Part shown: piece by piece, positions 25,273 to 35,800 of the stretch
How positions within the stretch are numbered: the first letter of the stretch is position 1
How the letters are laid out: each line of letters opens with the position of its first letter
Assembly (NCBI RefSeq): GCF_011386835.1
Contig: NC_088808.1
Span: forward strand, 24,366,001-24,430,000
DNA: 64,000 bases
Direction of reading: 5' to 3'
Source: Chrysemys picta bellii
Lineage: Eukaryota
The notes under the pieces: generated by a model
What the model was told of the DNA's origin: nothing
What the model saw: only the letters and a program-made list of their open reading frames with translations
Database searches by the model: none
Translations under genes and position numbers: made by a program

Positions 25273-25742
25273 CCCCGCCAGCTCCACATTGGGGGGCCTG
25301 TCAGGGATGGGGCCCTAGGGGAGTTCTCAGTTTTGTGTTCCTGGAGGTTTCATTACTTGACAATCTTTAATTGAAGATTAATCTTTAATTGCTGGAAGCT
25401 CCAGGATGATCCTGGAGGGTTGGCAAGCCTACCAGAAGCAGGTGCTGTTTGCCCCACTCTGGGAGCTGTGTAGCCCCCAGCACCAGAGCCCTGCCTATAA
25501 ATACAGGCAACTGGGGCAAGCAGCTACCTGGCCCTGGGGCAGCCCGGAGCTAGGCCTCCCCACCGCTGCTGCAGTTGCAACTGGTAGAGAAGCGCCCAGA
25601 GGAGTGAGGTCAAGGCTTGGCTGGGTGCAGTGCATTGCACAGCCACAGTGAACTCCAGACCTTACCCTTCGTGTCATCAATGGAAGGAGAAGTTGGCTAA
25701 AAGCTGCTGTAAGGAGGTGAGTGCTGTCACTTTGTTCTAAAT

Positions 25743-26359
25743 CAGCAGTTCTCAACCAGGAGCCCGGGGGACCCATGAGCAGGTTTCAGGGGCTCCACCA
25801 AGCAGAGCTGGCATTGGACTCACTGGGGCCCAAGGGCAGAAAGATGAAGCCCCGCCACCAAGGGCTGAAGCCATAGGTGCTGACTTCCCCTGTTTCTTGT
25901 AGGTGCTCGACCCCGCCCCCCCTCCTCACCTTCCATGAGGACCCGCCCCCAAAGTCCCCATCCCAACTCTGACCCCTCCCTGCCACTATTCCAACTCTTT
26001 CCCCAAATCCCTGCCCTGGCCTCGCCTCTTCCCCCAAGCGCCATCCCCCCCAAGCGTGCTAACGCTGCCAAATAGCTGGGAAGCGCTGGGAGATAGGCAG
26101 AGGAGTGCGGAAGCAGCATGCTCAGCGGGGGAGGGGAGCTGGGCTGCCAGTGGATGCAGAGCACCCACAGAGTCGGTGTCTATGACTGAAGCCAAAGCCT
26201 GAGCAGCTTGGCATGGAGCCCCATGCCATTGCCCTGCTTGCTATCACTAATGTAGGCCTTGGCTTTTATATGCAGAAAAACAGTTGTGCACACGTGGGCT
26301 GTGGTGTTTTTAGATCATGTTGGCGGTAGGCTCAGAAAGAAAAAGGTTGCAAACCCCTA
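25743..26359. mobile_element. hAT-type non-autonomous DNA transposon
   Basis: TIRs CAGCAGTTCTCAACC / GGTTGCAAACCCCTA; 8-bp TSD TTCTAAAT/TTCTAAAC. Confidence 0.75.
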
Positions 26360-28206
26360 TTCTAAACCATAATAAATCTAGGACTAGGGTAGCCCAGCCC
26401 CTTACATACCAGGTCCACATACCCAATATTTTACTTGCATGACAAATTATTTTTACTCCCCCCCTCCTCTTAAAGTTACGATACTAGGTTCAACCATCTC
26501 ATGAACCAGCATTTCATATTCAGATGTGGAAGGAGGAGGTCTGATTTCCTACAGCTAGAATTATGCTGTTCCCCATTGCTTAGCTTCAGTTCCAGTAAAG
26601 CTTCTCCACATGCCTCCTTTCAGGCATTTCAGTTTGCTGCTTCTGCGTCCTGACGGAATTCTGTGCCAAAAAATAAAATCTGCAAATTTTATTTGTCAAT
26701 AAATAAATGTGAAGGCTCCAGCATGGCAATGGGGAGTACAGGCCACTGACTACAGAGGTGTGAGATCACCTTGTGCGCCCCCCCCCCCCGCCAATCTAGA
26801 TATAGACTCAGCGCTAAAGTTGCACCCAACCCAGACACAGCACAAGGACCAGGCCTGTCCCAGAAACACCCTGGGGCCCTGCCCCTCTATGCCAAGCATA
26901 CTAGATGTAGGCAGGCAGGTTCAGCCCAGCAGGATCCAAGTGTGAAGGGGCTTAGTGTGAGGAGATCCAGGTGTGGGGTGATAGGGTTCTGTGTGGGGCA
27001 ATCTGGGTGCAGGCAGCTTGGTGGGGGGAGGTGTGACAGGTTGGATCACAGAAACCCCCTTGGGAATGGCCAACTGATGTGCCAAGACTACTTCTGCCCC
27101 CTGCTTTCCTGCCCCGTCAGCTTAGGACTTCAGTGCCCTGCCTGGTTGGAGCCAGACCCGCTAGCCTGCTGCAAACCCAGACCCAGGGTCTGAACCACAT
27201 CCTCTAACAGCTGTAGGCTTAACTGAAAGCAACTTACAGAAATGTTCCTGTCTTTAACACTCAGATGTCCAACTTCCAATGGGGTCCAAACCCCAAATAA
27301 ATCCATTTTACCCTGTATAAAGCTTATACAGGGCAAACTCATAAATTGTTTGCCCTCTATAACACTGATAGAGAGATATGCACAGCTGTTTGCCCCCCCT
27401 GTATTAATACATACTCAGAGTTAATTAACAAATAAAAAGTGATTTTATTAAATACAGAAAGTAGGATTTAAATGGTTCCAAGTAATAGCAGACAGAACAA
27501 AGTGAATTACCAGGTGAAATGAAATAAAACACGCTAATCTAAGACTAATTCAGTAATATAACTGAGTACAGATAAAATCTCACCCTGAGAGATGTTTCAA
27601 TAAGTCTCTTTCACAGACTGGACACCTTCCTAGTCTGGGCACAGTCCTTTCCCCTGGTACAGCCCTTGTTCCAGCTCAAGTGGTAGCTAGGGGATTCCTC
27701 ATGATGGCTGCTCCCTTTGTTCTGTTCCACCCATTTGTATATCTTTTGCATAAGGCGGAAATCCTTTGTCCCTCTCTGGGTTTCCACCCCCTCCTTCTCA
27801 ATGGAAAAGCACCAGGTTAAAGATGGATTCCAGTTCAGGTGACATGATCACGTCACTGTAAGACTTCATTACCCACTTGCCAGCACACGTGTATACAGGC
27901 AGACTTACAAGTAAAACAGAACCATCTGCAGACAATTGTCCTGGTTAATGGGAGTCATCCAGATTCCAAACCACCATTAATGGCCCACACTTTGCATAAT
28001 TACAATAGGCCCTCAGAATTATATTTCATATTTCTAGTTTCATATACAAGAGTGATACATTTATACAAATAGGATGACCACACTCAACAGAAACTTTGTA
28101 ATGATACCTTACAAGAGACCTTTTGCATGAAGCATATTCTAGTTAAATCATATTTAAACTCATTAGCGTATTTTCATAAAATCATATAGAGTACAACATC
28201 ACAGGA

Positions 28207-28296
28207 TGCATCCGAAGAAGTGAGGTTTTTACTCACGAAAGCTTATGCCCAAATAAATCTGTTAGTCTTTAAGGTGCCACCAGACTCCTTGTTGTT
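28207..28296 (+). mobile_element. 90-bp Penelope-like element 3' terminus
   Basis: 12-bp TSD AACATCACAGGA (28195-28206, 28297-28308); tail GTTAGTCTTTAAGGTGCCAC related to the copies at 36693 and 60698. Confidence 0.85.
28208..28248 (+). ncRNA. Minimal hammerhead ribozyme motif (U4C core variant)
   Basis: GCAT CCGAAGA A GTGAG-GTTTTTA-CTCAC GAAA GC TT ATGC. Confidence 0.65.
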
Positions 28297-31200
28297 AACA
28301 TCACAGGAAGATCTGGATGAACAGGGGTGCAGACATAATGCGACTCTGCAGGGAAGTCCAGGTGAATGTGGTTGGGGCTCAGCTGGGGGGGTCTGGTTGT
28401 GGAATGCTCAGGAGGAGTCCAGGGGCTGGTTGGGTGGGGATCTGGGTGTGGTGAGCTAGTCAGGGTGGTGCAGGTGGGGTGAGGTTTGTTGGGGTGGGGG
28501 TTTGAGTGTGGGGGGTGGTCTCAGTGCAGGGCTGGGATCCAGATGCAGGGAGGTGGGGCTTGTTGTGGGGGTCTGGGTGCAGTGGGACTCCAGATGCAGA
28601 GAGTGAGGCATGTTAAGGTGTGTGTTCAGGTTCTGGGTGCAGCAGGTGAGGCTTGGTAGGGTGATCTGGCTATGAGGTGGGTCCAGATGCATGGGGGTTG
28701 GGAGGATGGGTGAGCAGCTCTCTGTACACTGGCCCCTTCCTCCCCACAGCTGAGGAGCAATAGGGGCAGGAAGAGGGGGGATGATGCAGAGCTTCCTGCA
28801 ATCAGAGAGGTTTCTGGGGGTGGGTCTGACCCAGCCCTGGCTGCTCCTTGCGGGGGAAGAGGAAGTCCTGTCCTCCCCAGCCCAGCCAGGACTAGCAGCC
28901 TAGCCTAGCATAGGCTAGGAGCCACTGGTTGGGGCAACCCCAGCTCCACCCCCAGTGATTTACCTCTCCAGTGGCTGCTCCTGGCATGCAAAACAATTTA
29001 CTCGCACTGCTGGGGAGCAGCGCATGACCATTCTTGCAACTTCCCCATCAGAAAGTCATTTTTCTGCAGAGAAGCAAAGAAAGCTGCAGGGGATATGAAT
29101 TCTGTGCACGTACAGTTGCGCAGAATTCTCCCAGGAGTATCAGTTCGTAAGAGGAGAATAAGATGTCTTTTGGAGCTATGAGGGAACAGTTAAGTTCATG
29201 TCAGTCTAAGGGATAACATTTATCAATGCAATCAAGATGAATTGTTTTTCCAACATTTTTTCATGCAAACTTTTTTTTTGTAATAGAAAAGGCATAGTTG
29301 GACACTGCAGGGAAATAAGAGCAGCTACCAGTCAGTACAATTTTAATCAAGATTTGAAAGCTGTGATTTTAATGCAACTACTGCACAATAAAAAAAGAAC
29401 CTGCTGTAAATGAAGTGTATCTACTAGATTAATGGATTGGTTAGTATGATACTACACATAAGTGCTAGGACAGCGCCCTGAATAATCACACCACCACTTC
29501 CTTCCACCAAGCTGAGTTTACAGAAATACTGTTAGAGTTGTGCACTACAAAATGTTGAGGGGTTGATCTAGGAGCAAAGTTCCATGGTTGAATGGCTGCT
29601 CCATACTAGTGGAGTGGATCCTTAAAAGGGAAAGATTGTCTAGTGATACCCAAGTGAACATATTTGTATTTCCAGCTCTATCAGATTTAGCACAACTTCA
29701 GTTGTCATTTAGTTTCTTTATGCCTGTTACAACCCCTTCCTCCATCTAAAAATGGGGATATTTCCCTACCTCAGAAAGGAGCTATAAAACTTGATTCATT
29801 AGTCATAGAAAAACACTTAAGTTCCTTGATAGAAAAAGGCAACCAAATATTTTGGTAGGATTAATCCTATTATGTGACAATAAGGGTTTGATACAGAGAA
29901 TGCCTTACTATCCCCAAATTAGTTTATAACAGGTCAGACTATTTGATTTATTCTCTATCCCAGCCATTAAACTAATGCATAGAACTACGTATTTCAGGAT
30001 TGCTTTTCCTCCATAATATAATATTCAATTGTAATTGACAGGGATGATAGCCTCTTTGTTTATAGTACTACACTTCACAAAGGTAGGAAGAGTTTATTTA
30101 AAATAAATAAGCACATTGTCACGTGTAACATTTTCTATTACTATATTGGATTTTCATCAAAGGTGTCCTTCAACCAGACACAAAAACAAGGTAAGTATTA
30201 TGAGGGGGAACAGCCACCACTGAAACAACATCAAAATACGCTATATAGCATGAGAGGGGAGTTAAAGGGTTTTTGATATTACGTAGGTAATCTGTACACT
30301 CAAAAGCATTAAAGACAGTAATTAAATACACAATGTAAGATAAAATGGAAGAATTGCTGCAAGAGGAGTTTTGAAGTAAATGAAGTGAATTATTTTAATC
30401 ACATAACAAGAATTAAATGAATTTCCAGTGTTCCACAATTACATTAGTAATTAGATTCACATTCTTGTAAAACAAAAATCCTCCTCCCCCTGCCAAATTA
30501 TTCCAGGTTCAAGACATGGATATTTCAGCTGTTGACTGAATAGAGCTCAAAAATGTCTGCAGAGAAGTGAGTGTGCTTCTCCTATTTCAGTTTATACCAT
30601 TTAAAAAAAAAAAAAAAAACCCCAAGGTCCAGATCCCAGTAAAAACTGCACCTGTTGGTCGCTGTACCAGCACTGAAGTCAATAGGAGGCCAATGAGTCT
30701 CTCTGCTCAGTGCTCTTTGCCAGATCTAGTCATAAATTAGTATCTTGCTCTTCATTTTACATGAAGTCAAAAAACAGAAAATTTAATAGGAAGCAGTTTA
30801 ACTTTTATTACATTTCCAGAAGCCAGAAAGTTTTATCCTATAAAAATAATTTATTGGATGTTCAAAACTACATTAAAAAACTAAAGTGCTTTATTGTTGA
30901 CTGGCTTCACCAGAATATTTTTGGAATGTTAAGAAAGTAGTTGAAGTGAAAGGGAAATCAGATTGCTAAATCCCAGTTAAATTGTTAACTAGAGTCATTA
31001 GAGATGCTATTAGTCTTTAGTATAGAAACTAAACAGAATAAAAATGCAACAGAACCCATTGGTGCTGCCTGGATGTGTTATGCAGACACAACGGCCACAG
31101 TGGTGATTTTTTTTTTTAAATCACTTATCCAAAAAATGGGCAGATTGTTTCAAGACACAAGTCTTGGATTCAGAAATGTTTTTACTTGCACTCAAGAATT

Positions 31201-31936
31201 AAATGTCTACTACATTAAAATAAAATCTCAAGTTTTCTTTGGTAGGTACCAGGTTATCTACTGCCAACTGTGTATCACTTTCCTCCTGTCGAATCGGTGC
31301 TGACACAATTACAGATATTTAACACTACAATTTTATTACAGAGGCTTTTACCAAAATTTTGATATGTAATTAGGTATTTTAAGCACAAACAGTTTGATTC
31401 TCTGATAAGTAACTGTAAAAGTGGATTTGTGGACTTCTGTTTCTCATTGACTTCTACGTCAAATCCACGTGGTTTACAAATATCCCTACACCTTCCAGCC
31501 ATCTACAAGTCAAGATTGGTGTTATATCCAGAAATAGATATTACAGTCAGAACATGGTTTAACAATTTTGTTGATTTGCAAGCAAGAACTGGACCAAGCT
31601 CAAGTCTCCTGCAGCTGTATTGACTCTGCAACTACTAACAAGAATGACAAGCAGTAATTTATTTTAGTGAGTAAATGACTTATATACACACAAGGAGCAG
31701 ATGTACTGAATCATGTCATTTCTACACAGTCACTTTTCAGAAGAGAACCTCTCTCTTAAGGATTGCTTCCAAAAAACACTATTGTTAAAACTAATGTCAG
31801 TTCTATACTTGATAGCCAAAGGGTTAAGTAGTTCTTACTGCGTAGGGAAAAAAAAAAAAAGACATGCTCACATCAACAAAGTAGGATTTTTATTTGCAAT
31901 ATTTAACCTAGAGGTGGGTTTTATTTAAGATATGAC

Positions 31937-31942
31937 TTTATT
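31937..31942 (-). terminator. PPP6C: Candidate proximal PPP6C poly(A) signal; a distal AATAAA lies at 30093-30098
   Basis: tttatt on +; which signal is used cannot be determined from sequence. Confidence 0.45.
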
Positions 31943-32569
31943 AAAAATACAAGGTATCTGAAAAATCAGAACAATTATTATAATGTACAAATTCAATAGC
32001 TGTAGCAGTTTTTTGTATTTTTATTGGAATCCTAAAAAAAGGTGGGGGGGAAAGGAAGAGACAGCCCTTTAGACCACTTTTATTTTCACTTAAAACAAGA
32101 TCTAACAAGGACGATTCAATTTTACATCTCAGACATGTGTACACAACACAATGCATTTACAGTCCCATCGTGCACACTAGGTAATAACTTTGCTGCTGAA
32201 ATTTCTTAAAACTTACCAAACAAAAAGTTGAATGATATAATGGGGCCAAAATAGTTCCAATGTATTATGATTTTTTTTTGTAAAGGGAAAATGTTTAACC
32301 TAAAAACAGACATATGCAAGAACTACATGCAGCAGGATAAATAAATGTCAAAGACATTTCACAAGCATTCTCAAATGAGGGAAGGCATGTGGGGGGGGGG
32401 AGGGGAGGGAGGAAATCGAGACACTGCTACAGACACCATAATACACAATACATTTAGATAATTTAAAAATAAAAAAGGCAAGAGGCAGCATTTCAGCAGC
32501 AAAGTGCTCAATAAAAAGTATAGAGGGATAGTACAAGGAAATGGGGAAACAGCAGGATGGGAAAAGATC

Positions 32570-32818
32570 TCAAAGGAAATACGGTGTAGTTGTTCTAGGA
32601 GGAATTACGCGTTCTGAGTCTGGAACTGCACGGAATAACTTTGGTTCTCTTGTATTTACATCTTTAAAGACCATGATTGATGCAATATTTCCACAACGGT
32701 AACAATAATTTGGAGCAGACCATACTGTTACCAGCTTCTCATCAAACATGAATTTATAGCCTTCGTGCACTAGCTGATGTGCTCTGCAGATGAGTTTTAA
32801 GTTGTTGATATGAACAAA
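32570..32818 (-). CDS. PPP6C: PPP6C exon 7 (last coding)
   Basis: ttacag|[21 protein letters not shown]...PYFL TGA. Confidence 0.97.
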   Translation of the reverse strand, partial: FVHINNLKLICRAHQLVHEGYKFMFDEKLVTVWSAPNYCYRCGNIASIMVFKDVNTREPKLFRAVPDSERVIPPRTTTPYFL

Positions 32819-35800
32819 CTGTAATTTAAAAAATATAAATATTTACAGTAAATAGTTACATATGCTTAGTACATAACAGCTCTTTACTACTTAGAACATT
32901 GCTGAGTCTCAAGTTTTCAGTATTTTATTCAAGAAGAGGTCTGCTGGGTAAACCTGCAGACAAAAGCCTTCTACAGGAATCACCACTGAGTTTAACTGCA
33001 GATAAGATACCATTCATTTCAGACCCCTGGCTTTTGCCTCTCACTCCTGAGACCTACCAAATTGAGATAGTTGTTCTCTTTCACAGCAGAAAATCTAGTC
33101 CGTCAGAAGCTTAGAAACTAGTCAACCAGTCAAGAATGTGTCAACACAACCAGTGGTGCCATAAATGGACAGGGAGATTCCCCCCCCCCAAAAAAAAAAC
33201 AAGTTGAGTGCCATCAACCCAAATAAGTAAAATGGCTACACAAGCACCACCTCTATTTGCATATTTTTAAGGCTCATACAACATGTAATATGTTCAGGCT
33301 TTTTGGATTATGACACTACAACAGCTCCAAAGGCCAGGTTATGCTACAAATCATACACTACTAGTTCTGGTATTTCAATAATCTGAAAAAGGATGACATG
33401 TTTTAGTGAATGGGTTTTCCCAGAGTTACTGAAGCTTTTGTTCAATGGAAGACTAAAGTGGGAGCTTTGGTGAGAAAGAGAAATGAAAAATGTTTCCATC
33501 CAAGTATTCTCCCAAAGCCAATCACCTCCTGTACTAGGATAACCACCTGCTAGAAAGATTGATCACCATCTCACCTCAAGAACAAAATAGGGAGTTCACA
33601 AACAAAACAGATGTGCAGGTTGTTGTAGAAGTTGAAATGGCTTGTTACTAAGATTATCTTGAGATCTTTTATTATGGATTAGTATTAAAAGCAATCATCC
33701 CAGCTTACTCTACTGGTCTCCCTTGTAAAACGATTGCACTGTGCACAGTCAAACCACACAATGTTATTTCTGTTGTGCCATCAAACTTAAAGCTAAGCAA
33801 TGGTTTAGTTCATTTGGTTCCTCAATAATTTTACATTATCTATGATGATGATTTTACCTCATTTGTGACCTTCGCACCAAACAGCCAGCCTGCTCCTCGG
33901 GGACTAATTGCCCAAGTATCAACATCCTCTGGATCAGACCAGACAAGGTCACAAAAGGCTCCTTTGTGGGGAATTTCTTGATTGCGTTCAATGGTTCGAA
34001 TTTGATCCAGTGTCTTGATGTCAGGAGATAGGCCACCATGTACACAGAGAATCTGCTCATCTATTAACTGAGAGAAAGAATAGAATCATAGAAATGTAGG
34101 GCTGGAAGGAACTTAGAGGTCATCTAGTCCATCCACCCAGGACTAAGCCTACCTAGACCATCCCTGATAGGTGTTGACTAACATTTTAAGAATGTGACAC
34201 TGATTCTACAGTGACACTGATTCTACAGCTTCCATTGGAAGCTAACTATCCTCAAAATTAGGACATTTTCTCTAATATCTAACCTAAATCTTCCTTGCTG
34301 CAAATTAACCCCCAATACTTCTTGTCCTACCTTCAATGGACATGGAGAACAGTTGATCACCATCCTCCTTATAACAGCCCTTAACAAAATTGAAGGCTTA
34401 TGTCCTCTTTCAATCTTCTTTTCTCAAGAAGAAACATTCCTGGGTTTTTTTTAGCCCTTCCTAATGGGTCAGGTTTTCTAAGCCTTTTGTTTTGCTGCTC
34501 TCCTCTGGACTCTCCAGTTTCTCCACATTTTTCTTAAAACGTGGTGCCCAGAACTAGTCAGAACTCCAGGTGAGGCCTCACCAGTGCCAAGCAGAACAGG
34601 ACAATACCTCCTGTATCTTACATATGACACTCCTGTTAATATAATTCTGGGGTGCATTAGCCTTTTTCACATTGATAGTGGTCTATAAAATCATGACCGG
34701 TGTGGAAAAAATAAATAAGGAAGTATTATTTATGCCTTCTCATAACACAAGAACTAGGGGGTCACCAAATGAAATTAATAGGTAGCAGGTTTGAAATAAA
34801 CAAAAGGAAAAAAAAATTTCCTCACACAAAACACCGTCAACCTGTGGAACTCTTTGCCAGAGGAGGTTGGAAAGGCCAAGACTATAACTAGGTAAGTTCA
34901 TGGAGGATAGGTCCATCAATGGCTATTAGCCAGGATGGACAAGGATGGTGTCTCTAGCCTATTTGCCAGAAGCTGGGAATGGGCGACAGGGATCACTTGA
35001 TTATCTGTTCTGTTCATTCCCGTGGGGGCACCTGGTATTGGCCATTGTCAAAAGACAGGATACTGGGCTAGGTGGACCTTTGGTCTGACCCAGTATGGCT
35101 GTTCTTATGCTGACTCATTCAATTTGCAATCCACTATAACCCCCAAATCCTTTTCAACAGTATGACTGCCTAGCCAATTATTCCCCCTTTTATAGGTGTG
35201 TATTTCACTTTTTCCTTTGAGTACTTGCACTTGTCTTTATTGAATTTCATCTTGTTGAATTCAGACCAATTCAACAATTTATCAAGTTCATTTTGAATTC
35301 TAATCCTATCCTCCAGTTGCTTGTACCCTATACCAGCTTGGTGTCATCTGCAAGCTGTAGAAGCACACGCTTCCCTCTATTATTCAAGTCACTAATGAAA
35401 ATATTGACTAGTACTGGACCCAGGACAAACTCCCTGCAGGACCACTGTAGATCCTCCTCCCCGCCCCTTCCCCCCCCTCCCCTGATACCAAACCATTGAT
35501 AACTACTCTGAGTACAGTCTTTCAATCACTTGTTTACCCACCTTATAGTAATTTCATCTAGACCATATTTTCCTAGTCTGCTTATGAGAATGTTATGCAG
35601 GAGTGTATAAAAATACTTTCTAAAAGTCATGATACATCAGGTCTACTTCTCCCCCACCCACTAGTCCAGGATTCATGTGTAAAGCCTGGAATATTTTTAC
35701 TTTTCATTTCAGTTTGTCTCTAGACACTATGTGACAAAGGCCTCTTAGACATGTGCCTAGTGAAACAATGATGCAAAATAATCTGCTCTATATGTTTTTA

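Larger units (their letters stand above)
24470..25280. promoter_or_regulatory. ARPC5L: CpG-island promoter of ARPC5L
   Basis: GC/CpG-rich; CCGGAA-type ETS cores near 24930-24957; multiple GGGGCGG GC boxes. Confidence 0.8.
27032..28305. mobile_element. Solo LTR (Gypsy/ERV-like)
   Basis: TGTGACA...ACATCACA termini; 5-bp flanks GGAGG/GGAAG; AT-richer than host. Confidence 0.7.
26644..29139. mobile_element. Non-autonomous DNA transposon hosting nested insertions
   Basis: degenerate termini TCCTGACGGAATTCTG...CAGAATTCTCCCAGGAGTA; G-rich GGGTGCAGG interior on both sides of the LTR. Confidence 0.55.

Noticed and set aside
24427-25287. 286-aa - strand ORF as a long ARPC5L isoform
   Set aside because: Upstream part is tandem repeat; downstream part is read-through of the U12 donor; only 24728-24867 matches ARPC5L.
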